A stretch of DNA of 64,000 nt from Octopus vulgaris (Eukaryota), in NCBI GenBank assembly GCA_951406725.2, contig OX597827.1:82522001-82586000 (forward strand). Direction: 5' to 3'. Below the pieces are notes generated by a model. The model worked only from the letters and a program-made list of their open reading frames with translations. It was not told where the DNA came from and did no database searches. The position numbers and the translations under genes were made by a program. Numbering within the stretch: position 1 is the first letter of the stretch; every line of letters begins with the position of its first letter. Positions 42,307-57,252 of the stretch are shown one piece after another.

Positions 42307-43166
42307 GAAGATATAGTTGTATCATAGACCACATGTTGCCCCAGGGTGGCACTTTTAGCTTGGTTTCTACATTTGGATGCCTTTTCTAAAAGCAACCATT
42401 TTATACAGGGAATTAAATGTTTTTTGAGACACCAGGAATACAGAGCTTGTCTTGTCCATGTTGAGACTAAAGAATCCTGCACAGTTTTTGCTCAATTTGT
42501 CATCCCCTTTACAAAATATGATGGGTTCACTATCCATAGCAGTTGCACCAGAAAGGTCAGTTTGTAACTGACAGGTCAAAAGAGCATTCATGACTGGAAA
42601 AGATAATAGAAGAAAGGGGGAAAGGGCAGGAGCGAGGGAGAGATAAAAAGGGAGAGGGAGAGAGGAAGAGAGGAAGAGAGAGAAAGAGAGAGAACCTTTA
42701 AGTAAGGTGTTAGGAGAAGCTACAGTAAGGGTGGAGGATCTGATTAATAGTCATGAAAGAATGGTAGGGGATGAGTGGTGGGGAGGCAGCGTTGGCTGGG
42801 GATGAATAATGGAAGGGAGAGGGCAGAAGGTAAGGGTATGGTCAGGGGTTAGTGTGAAAGAGATAAGGACAAGCAGGGCAGGGATAGTGGAGAGGATTAA
42901 ATAGGAGGGACTTAACACCATTTGACCCCCATTTGTATATACTGGCACCAATTGGTCAGTTCAAGGTTTAAATCATTTCTTATTTAAAGGATAGCTTTAA
43001 GGGGCAAGTCATAGGAATGACATCAGTGTGAAGGGTTAGGAGTCTCGATTTGGGTTTACCATCTACAGAAGGATGTCCTGCCTGACACCAACCACATTAT
43101 AGAATGCACTGGATGCACTTTATGGCAGCAACATAAGGGAGGTTGTCATGTGCCTGACATATAAAT

Positions 43167-43272
<106 letters not shown>

Positions 43273-44129
43273 ATTACCACTAAATTCAATGTCTAAGTGC
43301 CATATCCAATACACATAAGGATGCTTGTATTTACACATCCATATTTATTTTCTCCAGGAATTTGCCCCTTAGGATCAAGCCCATATCTCAATGAACTGCT
43401 CATCATCCTCATCATCATTGTCGTAATTTAACGTCCATATTTCCATACTGGTATGGGTTTGATGCTCTGACAGGAGCTGGCCAAGTGAAGAGCTGCCCAG
43501 GCTCCTCATCTGTTTAGCATGGTTTCTATGGTTGGGTGCCCTTCCTAAAACCAACCATTTTACAGAGTATACTAGCGGCTTTTTATGTGGCGCCAGCACA
43601 GGTGCTTTATGGTGGCACCAATATGGGTGCTTTTTATGTGACATCCACCAGCCCACAAGATTGGGAACATTCAGCTGAAAAGGGATGCAGGGAACAGCCT
43701 GCATGGAGGGACAATCAGGATTTTAATTATCTTGATGCATCTTCTCAAGCACAGCGAATCCCCTGGGGTTTGAGTCCCCTGTCATTCGAAAAATATAGTC
43801 TCAATGCTCGATACTTGTTGAGAAGAATTTAATATTTATTCAGGATTTTCTTACAAATAATCCCTTTTGTGTTTCTCAGCATCCCCAGAGGCAACCACTG
43901 TTAATAATTTGATGAACCCATTGAAGAGATTCTTAAGAACTGTTATCTCAAATGAAAAGTATAAACAACAGACAGTTTTAAAACACCTGGTCAGGGGGAA
44001 TTAAGCCCTTAAATGGAAATATTCTGTTTCTAAAAGATGATAAGAAAAATTATAAGGATGATCTATATAATTCATTTGGAGGATTTCATATGGATCATTA
44101 TTGATTATGAGCTCACAAAAATTGCTTCT

Positions 44130-44730
44130 CTTGAACACCCAAGTCAATCGCTAAAATTTGTTGTTGATAGCTTTTTGTTGCCAAGACGATGTAATCTGCA
44201 AAGGAGGTGGTTACTCTGAAAGTGTGGCAACCAGAGTAAGAATGGGCTGGAGAAAGTTCAAGGAGCTCTAACTATTTTTCCCTCACAGTGAAGGCCAGAT
44301 TGCATGACACTTGTGTTAGAACTGCATTGCTGCATGGTAGTAAAATATGGACCTTGAATGCATAGGACTTGAGAAGATTGGAAATGAATAAGATTGCATG
44401 ATCTGTTGGGTTAATGTAAGTCTGCATGAAAGAGAAACAACAATTGCAATGAGGGAAGAATTGACCATAAGAAGTAGTTTGCAAGAAAGAAGGCTGTTAT
44501 GGTGTGAACAGGTTATATTTAGGGAAAAGGACAGTTGTAGAAAGAAGTGCCAATCACTTGATGTGGTTGGAGCTTGCCAAAGAGAGAGAGAATAAGCTAG
44601 ACATGAGATGGAGAAGACTGATCTCAGGACCTTTGACCCTTATGGAGGAACACACAAAGACTTGCAGTGAATAGCAACGAGCAGTTCTTGAGAAGACTTG
44701 CTCGTGTCAGCAAACTGGGATTCTTGAAGT
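44130..44730 (+). mobile_element. RTE-clade LINE 3' fragment
   Basis: VVDSF...GGGYSESVATRVRMGWRKFKELL...VRTALLHGSKIW; homologous to part of 62650-63640. Confidence 0.75.
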
Positions 44731-44948
44731 GCTGTGTGTGTGTGTGTGTGTGTGTGCATGTGTGTGTGTGTGCGTGTGTGTGCGTGTGTGCGTGTACGTG
44801 TGTGTGTGTGCGTGTGTGTGTCTGTGTGCGTGTGTGTGTGTGTTTGCATGTGTGTGTGCGTGTGTGTGTCTGTGCACATGTGTGTGTGTGTGCGTGTGTG
44901 TGTGTGTGTGCGCACGTGCGCGTGTGTGTGCGCACGTGCATGTGTGTG

Positions 44949-44986
<38 letters not shown>

Positions 44987-45220
44987 AATGCACAACAGAC
45001 AGAGATAAATTTGTGTAGATGAGGCACATTTTCTGTCAACCATGTTATAACAGAGACACAACTTTCATATTAAAGATTTTTCCATTTTCCTTCTTGGTTC
45101 TTTTTGTTGAGATGGGAACAATAAGATGGCAAAGTCCATCAACACATCAAGATCTGCTCAGAGATAACCATAGAATTACCCACCTGCTTCATTTTATTTT
45201 ACATGTTTCCTATACATATA

Positions 45221-45251
<31 letters not shown>

Positions 45252-45308
45252 GCATATGTATGTGTATATATGCATATGTGTGTGTATATATATATATGCT
45301 CCCTGTAT

Positions 45309-45677
45309 AGGTGCAGGCGTGGCTATGTGGTAAGTCCCACAGTGTGGCACATTAGGCAAGTGTCCTCTACAATGGCCTCGGGCTGATCGAAGCCTTGTAA
45401 GTGGATTTGGTAGACAGAAACTGAAAGAAGCCCCTTGTATACATATATATACATATTTGTGTGTATATGTCTGTGTCTGTGTTTGTTCCCCTACCACTGC
45501 TTGACACACCGATGTTGGTGCGTTTATGTCCCCATAACTTGGCAGTTCAGCAAAAGAGGCTGATAGAACAAGTACTAGGCTTACAAAGAATAAGTCCTGG
45601 GGTAGTTTTCTTCACTTATAGGTGGTGCTCCAGCATGGCTACAGTCAAAGGACTGAAACAAGTAAAAGAATAAAAGA
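45309..45677 (+). mobile_element. SINE family A
   Basis: Similar to 26824-27233, with a head deletion. Confidence 0.88.
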
Positions 45678-45678
45678 A

Positions 45679-45715
<37 letters not shown>

Positions 45716-45976
45716 TAATTGATAAGAAAGACGGAGTGTACTTATGTAGATGTTGTGACAAAAGTGCAGTACCACAGATGATGCCTGGTTGCTCTAAGGG
45801 GTGAACGTGCTCGCAAGGCACACTACTAGGGACATACACAAACAAGGTTTGGATACTACATTCTAAAGTCTCCTATCTAAACTTTAATTTTTTAACATAA
45901 CCTATATATATACATATATATATATACATAGATATATATATGTATATATATATAATAAAAGAGGAATGTAAAAATA

Positions 45977-46515
45977 CGACAGTGAGTCAAAAAGTAATGC
46001 CATTTTGTTTAGGACAGGTATAATTACCAGCACAGGAACATGTATCATACATCAAAATGAAACTGGTCCTCTGTGGATCACATCCCTACTTCTCAACATA
46101 GTCACCGTTTCTCTCAATAGCAATGTTCCACCTTCGAATGAGAGCATGTATCCTTGCCCCATTAAAATTCTGTTGACTGTTCTTTGAGCCACTTCTTCAC
46201 TACAGAGTCAAAAAGACCACACCTTTCAAAGTCTCGTAACAGGTGATGAAACATGGGTTCATCAAAGAGGCAGTCAATGGAATGGCACCACTCTACATCA
46301 CCACCACTGAAAAAGTTCAAGATGCAAAAGTCTGCTGGAAAAATCATGGCGACTGTCTTTTTTGGGATGCTCAAGGTGTCATTCTGGTTGATTTCTTGTC
46401 AAAAGGTAAAACAATAAACTCATAATAAGCTTCATTTAGTTGTATGATACATGTTCCTGTGTTGGTAATTATACCTGTCCTAAACAAAATGGCATTACTT
46501 TTTGACTCACCCTCG
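45977..46515. mobile_element. rearranged non-autonomous mariner with two inverted 3' ends
   Basis: Minus-strand 3' end (45977-46207), plus-strand LVTGDETWVH...KSAGKIMATVF/WDAQGVILVDFL piece, plus-strand 3' end; ~90-bp inverted termini. Confidence 0.85.
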
Positions 46516-47848
46516 TTCATTATACAGGATGTCTTGTAAACGATACAAAATTATTTACGAATATATCAGTGGCCAGAACATGCAATCAAAAACTATTTCC
46601 ATAAAAGAAGAGTGTATAATTGTGAATAAATCACAATTATAATGGAGAGGGTTATAAAAACCCTTACATGTCTAGAAATAGCAGTCAAAACCTCTATAAC
46701 CACTCACGTTATATCTTATCACTATAAAAGCTGTCGGTGAGTGACATAAAATTCAAAAAAGACCTCCAGGCCTTACAAGGGGATCCTTTCACTGAAGCTG
46801 CAAAGAAAGCCCTAGGTTTGCAGTTAGTGGGGTGCAAATTGGGAGTTGAGCAATCGCAGGTGGGTCAAATGAGTTCTGATGTTGAAAGACTCAAAGCGCC
46901 AGAGACCCTAGAAACATTGCTGATGATACAACCCAGAGCATCGACAAGATGTATCTGAAAACTAACTATATAAATTTATTTATATATAAATAAATAAATG
47001 AGAAAATCGGATTTGGAGAATCAAACGGAATTCACAGCAAGCATTGCAGCTGAGGAAATGGCTATCAGGTTAAATGGTAAATTTTTTATGTAATTTAACA
47101 GGTTACCCTAGTGGTAGTATTTCTACAGAGGAGTAAGCAAAGTAACCAGGAGATGTATGAAGCAAAAGTAGATTTAATATTTGTGTATGGTCACAGCTGT
47201 TTCAAAATTTGCTCTGGATTACATCATTGATTTAGATGTGTAGAAACACATGCAGTATATACACTGTGTGCACACATAGAATTGTATAGTCGTATAGCGA
47301 TGCAGAAGACACATCTTGTATACACATATGTATATATCCACACACACACAAACATATATATACTCACACACATAGATGTATAAATATATATTCGTATACA
47401 CACATATACATGCACACATACTTGTACATTTATGTGTGTGTATGTGTGTGTATGTATATGTGTATGTCTATGTATATATGTATGTCTACGTATATATATA
47501 TATATATAGTAGAGGGTGCTTGCTCAATATGCCATGCGGTGGGACTGAACCCAGAACCATGTGGTTGGGAAGCAAACTTTTACCACACACACACATATAT
47601 ATGTGCATGCAAACACACGCATATATACACAGCTATGTATAAAATATATATATATGTGTGTGTGTGTGTGTGTATGAATAGATAAACACACACACATACA
47701 TATACCCACATGCATACATACATATCTATGTATAAACATGTATACACATAGATACATGTAAACCTACATACAGATATACATAGGCACACACACACACACA
47801 CATTCAATATTCAATTACTTTTCTGCATACAGTCACATTCAATTACCA

Positions 47849-47887
<39 letters not shown>

Positions 47888-47965
47888 AGAGAGAGAATGA
47901 TACACACCTTACTCAAGCAAAAATATGACATATGAATATTTGTTCATTAATCATAGAAATACTTG

Positions 47966-48006
<41 letters not shown>

Positions 48007-48770
48007 CCTCCTCCCATTCCTTGTTCTTCTTCTTCTTCTCTTCTATTCTCCATCTTCTCATGCATCATTTCTCTAACCTCACTTCTTATCATTTTTCCCT
48101 TTCATTTCACAGCTTTCCTTCTCTCTTCCCTTCTTTCTTCGTCTCTTTGTCTCTTTCTTCCATTTCCAATGTACAACACACACACACACACATTTATATA
48201 TACTTACAATACATATGTATGCATATATATATATATACATATATGCGTGTGTCATGTGTTGTGTGTGTGTGTTTCTTTCCTTTTGTGTGTCCACTTCCCC
48301 TCCAGGCCTTCTCTATTTACAAGGGGATCCTTTCACAACAATAGGTGTAAACTATTTATTCAGTTTCTTGTCTTTTATGTATGTTATCCCCCCCCCACCA
48401 TTCATTGAATGCGTGCATATGAGTGTTGTCTATGTACCTATGTATGTATATACATATGTATATATATATATATGTGTGTATTCCTAGGAATACAAAGAAC
48501 TTAAGCTATATTCCCCTACATACATTCATATTCAAGCCCAATATATGAGTGTATGCGTTGTGTTGTGTGAATTCTATACAATTCGGAAGCAAGATAAAAA
48601 CTAAATTAATATTCGGAAATCTTTTATGTTAGAGGTGAGATTGTGTGCTTTAAACCACTCTGTGTTTACACTGTGTATGTGTGTGCGTGTGTGTGTTTCT
48701 GTGCATGCATATATGTGCATATGCATTTATGTATATGTATATATATTCATGTATGGTGTTTCTATATTTC

Positions 48771-48801
<31 letters not shown>

Positions 48802-49589
48802 CACCACTGAAACACCATACATGCACATATATACATATACATAATGTATCGATACATGTGCGTGCTTGAGTGTGTGTGTGTGTGTATGTGTGTGCGTGCA
48901 TTGTTTCCGACAATAGATGCATGCTTCTCCATAGTTTGAACCCCGTTTCATCCTGACAAACACACACCCAACTACAGTAACACACACACACATACACACT
49001 TATATACACACACCTGTCCCCTCAGTTTTAAAATAAATTTGATATATTTTTTCTTCTCCCTAACGTTACTTTCACACCACATGTCTACCAGCTGTTTCCA
49101 TCATCATCATCATCATCATCATCGTCATCATCGTTGTCAGCATCATTCTCCAATTCCTCCTCCTCATCATCAGCTTCCTCATCCTCTTCATCATCATCAT
49201 CATCATCTTCTTTTCCCCCTTGGCATCTTTCTTTTCATCATCATCATAATCATCATCAACATCAACAGTGGTTCTTTCATCACAATTACAATTATCATCA
49301 TCATCATCATTATCACTATTCATAGTAATGTCCTTGTCCTCACCACCACCACCACCACTGCCACCACCACCATCATTTTCATTGCCCAACAATCATCATC
49401 ACCATCATCATCAATATGAATGCCATCATTATCATGGAAGGTATCACATGTACATCATCTCCCCCTTTCACTGCATCACCATACTCCACCCTGTCCTCCT
49501 CATCTTCATCATGATCAGCAGCAACATTATTATTGCTTCCATCATCTTCAGCATCATCATTCCCATCCTCTTCCTCCTCCTCCTACTCC

Positions 49590-49801
49590 TCATCATCTCC
49601 ATCGCCTCCGCTACTACCACCATCACAATGACTGCCATCATCATCATGATCACCACCACCACAGTCACCATCCTCGTCGTTGTCGTCGTCGTCGTCCTCC
49701 TCCCTCATCATCATCATCATCATCATCACTACCACCACCACCACCACCACCACCACAGTCACCATCCTCGTCGTTGTCGTCGTCGTCATCCTCCTCCTCC
49801 C

Positions 49802-49849
<48 letters not shown>

Positions 49850-49931
49850 CCATCATCATCATCACCACCACCACCACCACCACCACCACAGTCACCATCC
49901 TCGTAATCGTCGTCGTCATCCTCCTCCTCCC

Positions 49932-49971
<40 letters not shown>

Positions 49972-49975
49972 TCTA
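49590..49975. repeat. compound trinucleotide array with three higher-order units
   Basis: (cac)n-agtcaccatcctcgt-(cgt)n-(cct)n-(cat)n occurs at about 49650, 49750 and 49880. Confidence 0.85.
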
Positions 49976-50949
49976 CAGCCAATATGAAGATATTAATATT
50001 TGCTCAAACACCTGGATCAACATGACAACGGAGTCACCGGTGCGTTGTATGAGAGAGAGAGAGTGTTTGGTATTGTTTGCCGTCCGTTATGGAAGCAATA
50101 GAAGCTAGAAGCAGCAGCTAGCAAAGAGGTTAGTCGATGAAGGTAGGGGCAGGCGGTGTGGCGTGCTGGAAATTTGGCATGGTGCAGGTAGCAGGAGAGT
50201 AAGGGACAGAGAAAGATGTATTGAGTGTTGTCACTTGAGACTAAAAGAACACAGACTTTTATGGTGTGCTGTGTATGTGCCACGAGAATTTGCACTTGCT
50301 GTGCTCTGCTGTAATTGTAAAATGTCTTGCTAAAAGAGCTTTTATTGATTTCAATAATTCTCTTTCAACGCTCTGATGTATCTTATTTTTCACTAATATC
50401 CCTCAATATTAAATCTGCAATACAGTCTGTGATTTGGTGCCGATATTTGGCAACGAGCCTGCTTTTATCTTTTGATGTTTCTTCTATTGAACTATTATTG
50501 CTCGCTGCTTCGTTCAATGCTAAACGCTCCCAGTTCCTTCTGCCATAAATCATACACACATTCTTGAATTCATAACTTTTCACCAACACTTTTGGCCATT
50601 TTAATATTTGTCAGCTACAACCAAACTGACCTATATTTCACAATGTTTGCTGATAAGAACCATTGGTGTCACACTTGAAGATTTTCTTCAACTAAATGGC
50701 CACTGGCATGGCTGCACCACCGATAAGAGGCTTCACTTGCCAGCCAAGTGACTTGCAGATCAATTCCACTGCGTGGCACGTTTGTCAAGTGTTTTCTAGC
50801 TTGGTAACAGGTCGACCAATGTAAACTGTGAGGAAATTTTATATGAGAAAACCGTCAGCCAAATGCATTATACATGTGTATATGTGTATGTGTGTGTGTA
50901 CATATATATATATAAACATATATATATATGTACAGATATATGTATATAC

Positions 50950-51004
<55 letters not shown>

Positions 51005-51095
51005 TATATGTATACATATATATATATATGTGTGTGTGTGTGTACAGATATGTGTATATACATATACATATATGTATATATATATATGTATATAC

Positions 51096-51153
<58 letters not shown>

Positions 51154-51156
51154 GTG

Positions 51157-51205
<49 letters not shown>

Positions 51206-51242
51206 TTATATATATATGTATGTATATATGTGTATATATATA

Positions 51243-51309
<67 letters not shown>

Positions 51310-51909
51310 TCATCATTTAATGTTGCTTTCCATGCTGGTATGTGTTGGACGGTTTGACTGAGGACTGATATATATATATATATGTATGTATATATATATA
51401 TATATAAGTTTAAATAGAGGTTAAAATAAACACCTTAAGGGATAGAAGGTATTCAATGGATTACTGGTTTGTTGCCTATTATTTTGTTGTGAATAGTAAT
51501 ATTCCTAAAATAGTAGATTTAAGCATAAATCTTGGTTTATAAATATTCAAATTAAAATCCAGAAAATGGCGAATTTATTAATTGCAAAAGTAACTCACCA
51601 GTGGAGAGCTTCACACAGGGATCATACTGTGTATTTATATATAGAGAAACAGATAAATAAATAGGTAGATATATATATATATATCATCATCATCATCATC
51701 GTTTAGCATCCGCTTTCCATGCTAGCATGGGTTGGATGGTTCAACTGGGGTCTGAGAAGCCAGAAGGCTGCACCAGGTTCCAGTCTGATCTGGCAATGCT
51801 TCTACGCCTGGATGCCCTTCCTAACGCCAACCACTTCGTAAGTGTAGTGGGTGCAACGGCCACGATCGGATGGTGCTTTTTACGTGCCACCGGCACATAT
51901 ATATATATA

Positions 51910-52423
51910 TCTATATATATAAAACTCTAGTTGTGTGAGTGTCTGTCCCCTTCGATTTAGATTCCTAACTCCTCCCACATTTTGCGGTGCAGTTTAACCA
52001 AATTCGGGTATCTTATAGTCGTGATTCATATCACGTGTCAACGATGAGTCTACGATTAGCGCGTGTCAACGATGAGTCTACGATTTTAAAAATAATTTAA
52101 CATCATTTTTTATTCCATTTTAATGCATAAAATGCATCGTATGTCGATGGCGGCAGAGTTGGCGTCCACGCTCACAGCTGCACCTGTTTGCTTCTCCCCC
52201 TTCCCTCCCTCGTGAAGCTGTGGGGAAGGAAGTTTAAGGAAATCAACGTCGTAAAGCGTTGTCAAGGAGACCAGCGTTCTTTTAGAACAACGACTTCATG
52301 GCTTGAAGACACCAAAACAGAAATGGCTAAGAAAGCCCGAATTTATAAGGGAAGTAACTCTCTAAAAATGCTTATATAGTTATTTCCCTTACAAACCCGA
52401 GCAACGCCGGGCGATACTGCTAG
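51910..52423 (+). mobile_element. non-autonomous Helitron
   Basis: 5' TC, 3' CTAG, GC hairpin cccgagcaacgccggg just upstream of the 3' end, inserted between A and T with no TSD. Confidence 0.85.
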
Positions 52424-52768
52424 TAACTAATAAAATAAGGGCAAAAGAAAAATTCTAATGCTAAATATGCCGAAAATAGACAAAATTGTCAATAACCATT
52501 ATAATTAGGTCTGCTCAGGACTTAGTGCTTGCTTTTTCCATGAGTACAAGTAAGTATTTCATTTATGTCTTACGTATTTGTCGCTGAGGAGGAGAAAATT
52601 CTTATGAATTAACTCTGAAATTGGGACCAATACGATAATAACGGAATTTTTTAGAAATTTCTATCAGCTTGTTTCGAGACGCAAAAATTATAATGGTTAT
52701 TGACAATTTTGTCTATTTTCGGCATATTTGGCATTAGAATTTTTCTTTTGCCCTTATTTTATAAGTTA
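52424..52768. repeat. ~83-bp inverted repeats flanking a hammerhead
   Basis: 52424-52506 is the near-perfect reverse complement of 52686-52768. Confidence 0.9.
52579..52637 (+). ncRNA. canonical type I hammerhead ribozyme
   Basis: tgtcg-CTGAGGA-ggag..aattc ttat gaatt..ctct-GAAA-ttg ggac caa-TA-cgata: intact core and three stems, predicted cleavage after A52632. Confidence 0.8.
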
Positions 52769-53106
52769 TTTATAGATTTAACCTTTAAAGGTATTTTTTA
52801 ATATGCTAGCCATTGATAAAATTTCTTTTTCAAAAAACTTTTATCCTACATTAGATATATATATATATATATATTTATCTATCTATATATCTACCTATTT
52901 ATTTAGCTGTCTGTCTGTCTATTTCATCTATCTGTTTATCTATCTATCTATCTATCTATCTCTATATATATTCATATATATATCTTTCTATCTATCTATC
53001 CATTTCTCTCTCTATATATCTATCTCTCTATTTATCTATCTATCTGCCTGTCTGTCTATCTATTTCTCTATCTATCCATCTAACTGTCAGTCTATCTATT
53101 AACCTC

Positions 53107-53146
<40 letters not shown>

Positions 53147-53496
53147 CACATATTTTAAATATTCCAATATATTGCATATCATTTGTCTTTCCTCTCCATT
53201 GTGTTTGCCATGTTCTTATTTCCTGTTGATGTAACAAATATCAGTTGACTGTGGGTTGACACAACAATCACAATCACTCTTTATACAGCTCAGTCAGCCA
53301 ACCATGACCACCACCACCAACAACAACAACAATAACAACAACTACTACTAGTACTTACTACTAGAGAAGGGCAATGTTGGTGCAGGAAGTTTAGAGATAA
53401 CAAAATGGGGAGGGGTAGTAGTTATTGGACAGGGTTGAAGTGGTACCCAAACTGTTAGTGGTGTGAAGCAGAGAACATGGCAGCAGTAGCAGCAGC

Positions 53497-53540
<44 letters not shown>

Positions 53541-54166
53541 CAGTAGTAGTAAGAAAAGGAGGATTTAGGGAAATTAATGAATTTAATTTGTAACAGGTAA
53601 CTAGGTTGTGTTAGCCATGGTCAGACTGTCTGAGAAACAACACTCTTTAGTGAATGCAGCATTGATGCTCTTGATGGGGATTAGGAGGTTATATTCACAA
53701 GAATGAAGATCTTTCCAAAACCCAAGGTACAAGGTCCCAAGGTTTCATGTTGCTGTTATTGTTTAATTCAAGTCCTAATTTAACAGATCTTTGATCAAAA
53801 TGTTCCAGCCATGACCATCCTGTATTTTTTGTATATCAAGGAATATATTATCCTCTTTAGCAGAGCGAGATTTGAGGGAGATCTGGCTGCTATTTTGAGT
53901 AAACGACTTAGCCCATCTCTTATGATTACAATGTTTGTGTATATATGTGATGTTGCCTGTGTGTAAACACCTCATTCTGATAATGGCCAGTTCTTCTTCA
54001 AAGTTATTTTATTGATCAGAAATTGAGGCGGTGTGACTCATGAATGAGGAGAGAAATATATTACTGTGAGTTAAAGGGGAGAAGCTACAACTTAGCTTGG
54101 CATTTGTTCCATCAACAACAGCTGCTGCTATGGCAACCTGACAATGAACTTGTTTCTTCCACTCAC

Positions 54167-54219
<53 letters not shown>

Positions 54220-54404
54220 TGTCATGTAGAAAGATAGAACTCGTGATCTTGGGTTTGTGAAGAAAAGTTTTTAACCATTCAGCCATGGTTGCCAGAACAA
54301 TGAGGAAAACAAAGAAATGATTAACTTCGAAGTTTTGCAGAGAATGCAGTTCATTCTAAGGAACAGCGAAACTTCAAACTTACATACAAGCATACACACA
54401 CACA

Positions 54405-54453
<49 letters not shown>

Positions 54454-54460
54454 GTAATGT

Positions 54461-54495
<35 letters not shown>

Positions 54496-54635
54496 AGCAT
54501 ATACATACATTGTGTGTGTGTATATACATATATATGTAATGTCTTTATATATACATGTTTATATATATATGTGTGTGTGTATATATATATATAAAATGTC
54601 TGTGTATTTACATGTATATATATATGTGTTTGTGG

Positions 54636-54670
<35 letters not shown>

Positions 54671-55062
54671 TGTGTACATGTGTGTGTGTATACACATGCA
54701 CAAAACTATAAGACCCTGAACATGAATAAAATAAAGAAGACAATACATTATTTCTCAAACTGAAATAGAAAATGCAGTGAATGAGGGTGGATGGGGTGGC
54801 ATGTGTGTCTGTGAGTGTGCATGTTATTGCGTGTGTGTGTCTGTCTGTCTGTCTGTCAACACATGAATAAATGGATACATGTATATGCACATATACATGT
54901 ATTTATGTATGTATCTATGTATAAATATGTGTATGCATACATACATATGTGTGTGAGTATATATGTATGTATGTATGTATGTATGTGGATAGTTATAAAT
55001 GTAAAAGTAAGCCAATTACAAATCAGAACATTGTTTTCCATTCAGGAAAAACAGAATGAAAG

Positions 55063-55102
<40 letters not shown>

Positions 55103-55119
55103 TCTTTGTATGTGTGTAT

Positions 55120-55560
55120 GAATGTATGAATGTATGAATGTATGTATGTATGTATGTATGTATGTATGTATGTACATATGAATGTATGTATGTATGTATG
55201 TATGTATGTATGTATGTATGTATGTAGTATGTATGTATGTATGTATGAATGTATGTATGTATGTATGTATGTATGTATGTATGTATGTATGTATGTATGT
55301 AGTATGTATGTATGTATGTATGTATGAATGTATGTATGTACATATGAATGTATGTATGTATGTATGTATGTATGTATGTATGTATGTAGTAGGTATGTAT
55401 GTATGTATGAATGTATGTATGTACATATGAATGTATGTATGTATGTATGTATGTATGTATGTATGTATGTATGTATGTATGTATGTATGTATGTATGTAT
55501 GTATGTATGTATGTATGTATGTATGTATGTATGTATGTATGTATGTATGTATGTATGTGT
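55120..55560. repeat. (GTAT)n array with recurring variant blocks
   Basis: Direct observation. Confidence 0.95.
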
Positions 55561-55866
55561 GTATGTATATCAAACGTGTATAAATAGAGGAAAAAAGTCC
55601 ACCAAGCTGCACAAGAATTGTATTCTCAGTTCCAGATTATTCCTAAATATTCCTGAATTTTGTGGAATATTTTAGAATAATCTTAAACTTATTCTCTTCT
55701 CAGCAATATTTTCTTGTTTTACCTGGTTTCCCCCTTTTTTCCCCCTCCCTCGTTCCTCTTAAACCCGGTGTTTATTCAGTCGTATGTGTTGCCTCTGCAG
55801 TTGCCCTTTACACTTTTTTTTCAAACTTATCTATTCAGAGATCTACATCATCTACTTACATTGTTA

Positions 55867-55923
<57 letters not shown>

Positions 55924-55929
55924 GTATCA

Positions 55930-55961
<32 letters not shown>

Positions 55962-55988
55962 GTTATTGATAATTTTATTTTTACTTGG

Positions 55989-56023
<35 letters not shown>

Positions 56024-56628
56024 TGTTAAAAGAAATCATTATTATTGTTGCTATTATCACCACAACCACCACCACTTTTATCATCATCATCATCATCCTC
56101 ACCCCACTACCACCATTACCATCATCATCATCGTCACCAGTACCATCATCATCATCATCAAAATGGTTATTGTTTCAAGGAGTGAAGGAGTTGTTACCAT
56201 TTTTTCATCAAATCAGTCATTTTTTTTTCTTATTTTCATTCTTTCTCCATTTTCTAAAAATTTTTCCTCATTTTTCCAAAGAAATATGAAGTTTGCAAAT
56301 ATTTTTTTGTCCATTTTCTTCTTCTCCTAAAAATATGAAATGGTGAATTTCTCAAAGTATTTATAAATCCTTTGAGAAAATCTATAAAGGTGTCTTTTTT
56401 TGTGTGAGTTTTTAGATGGGGGGTGGGGGTGAATGGAGAGTGGGGTGGGTGAGTGAGGAAGAAGAATGCAGGGTGAGACTAAAATCAAAAAATATATTTT
56501 AATGGATAATAGAATTTTCTTTTACCATTTTCTTTCTACGAATGTCTATCTATTTGTCATATAAAGGGTGGGTTTTTTTATACACATCCATTTATCTGTA
56601 TGTGTAGGTATATGAATAAATATATACT

Positions 56629-56742
56629 TATACATATATATATGCATGTATATGTCTGTATTCTTATTCATAATCATGATGATGATGATGATGATGATTA
56701 TGAATAAGAATACAGACTTATACATGCATATATATATGTATA
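56629..56742. repeat. hairpin, ~49-bp arms around a (GAT)n loop
   Basis: tatgcatgtatatgtctgtattcttattcataatcat / atgattatgaataagaatacagacttatacatgcata, one mismatch. Confidence 0.85.
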
Positions 56743-56853
56743 TGTATGGAGATATACATATATATATGTATGTGTGTATATATACATATATATGTATGTA
56801 TGTATATATATATATATATACTCACACATACATGCACCATCACACATGTATAT

Positions 56854-56889
<36 letters not shown>

Positions 56890-57252
56890 TGTAGGCATGG
56901 CTGTGTAGTAAGCAACCACATGTCTCTGGGTTCAGTCCTATTGTAATCCATTTTAAGCAAGTGCCTTCTCCTATAGCTTCAGGCCAAGCAAAGCCTTGTG
57001 AGTGGAATTGGTAGACAGGAACTGAAAGAAGCCCAATGTGCGTGTGTGCTTATTATACAACATATGCAAGCAGTAAATTCAGAGAAGGGGTTTCAAACCT
57101 GGGCAAAGACTATACTTTTTGCCACCATATTGTTTTCTAACCATTAAGGTTAAGAATTATCTCAAAGAATCAAATAAAGGAATAATCTTTGTGTCATGAG
57201 ATCTCGAAATATTCGAGGAGAAATTAAGGGAAGCAGTGCTGTTTGCCTAGAC

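Noticed and set aside
49039-50108. His/Pro/Ser-rich ORFs resembling structural proteins
   Set aside because: Open in several frames on both strands because of trinucleotide repeats; no splice or codon evidence
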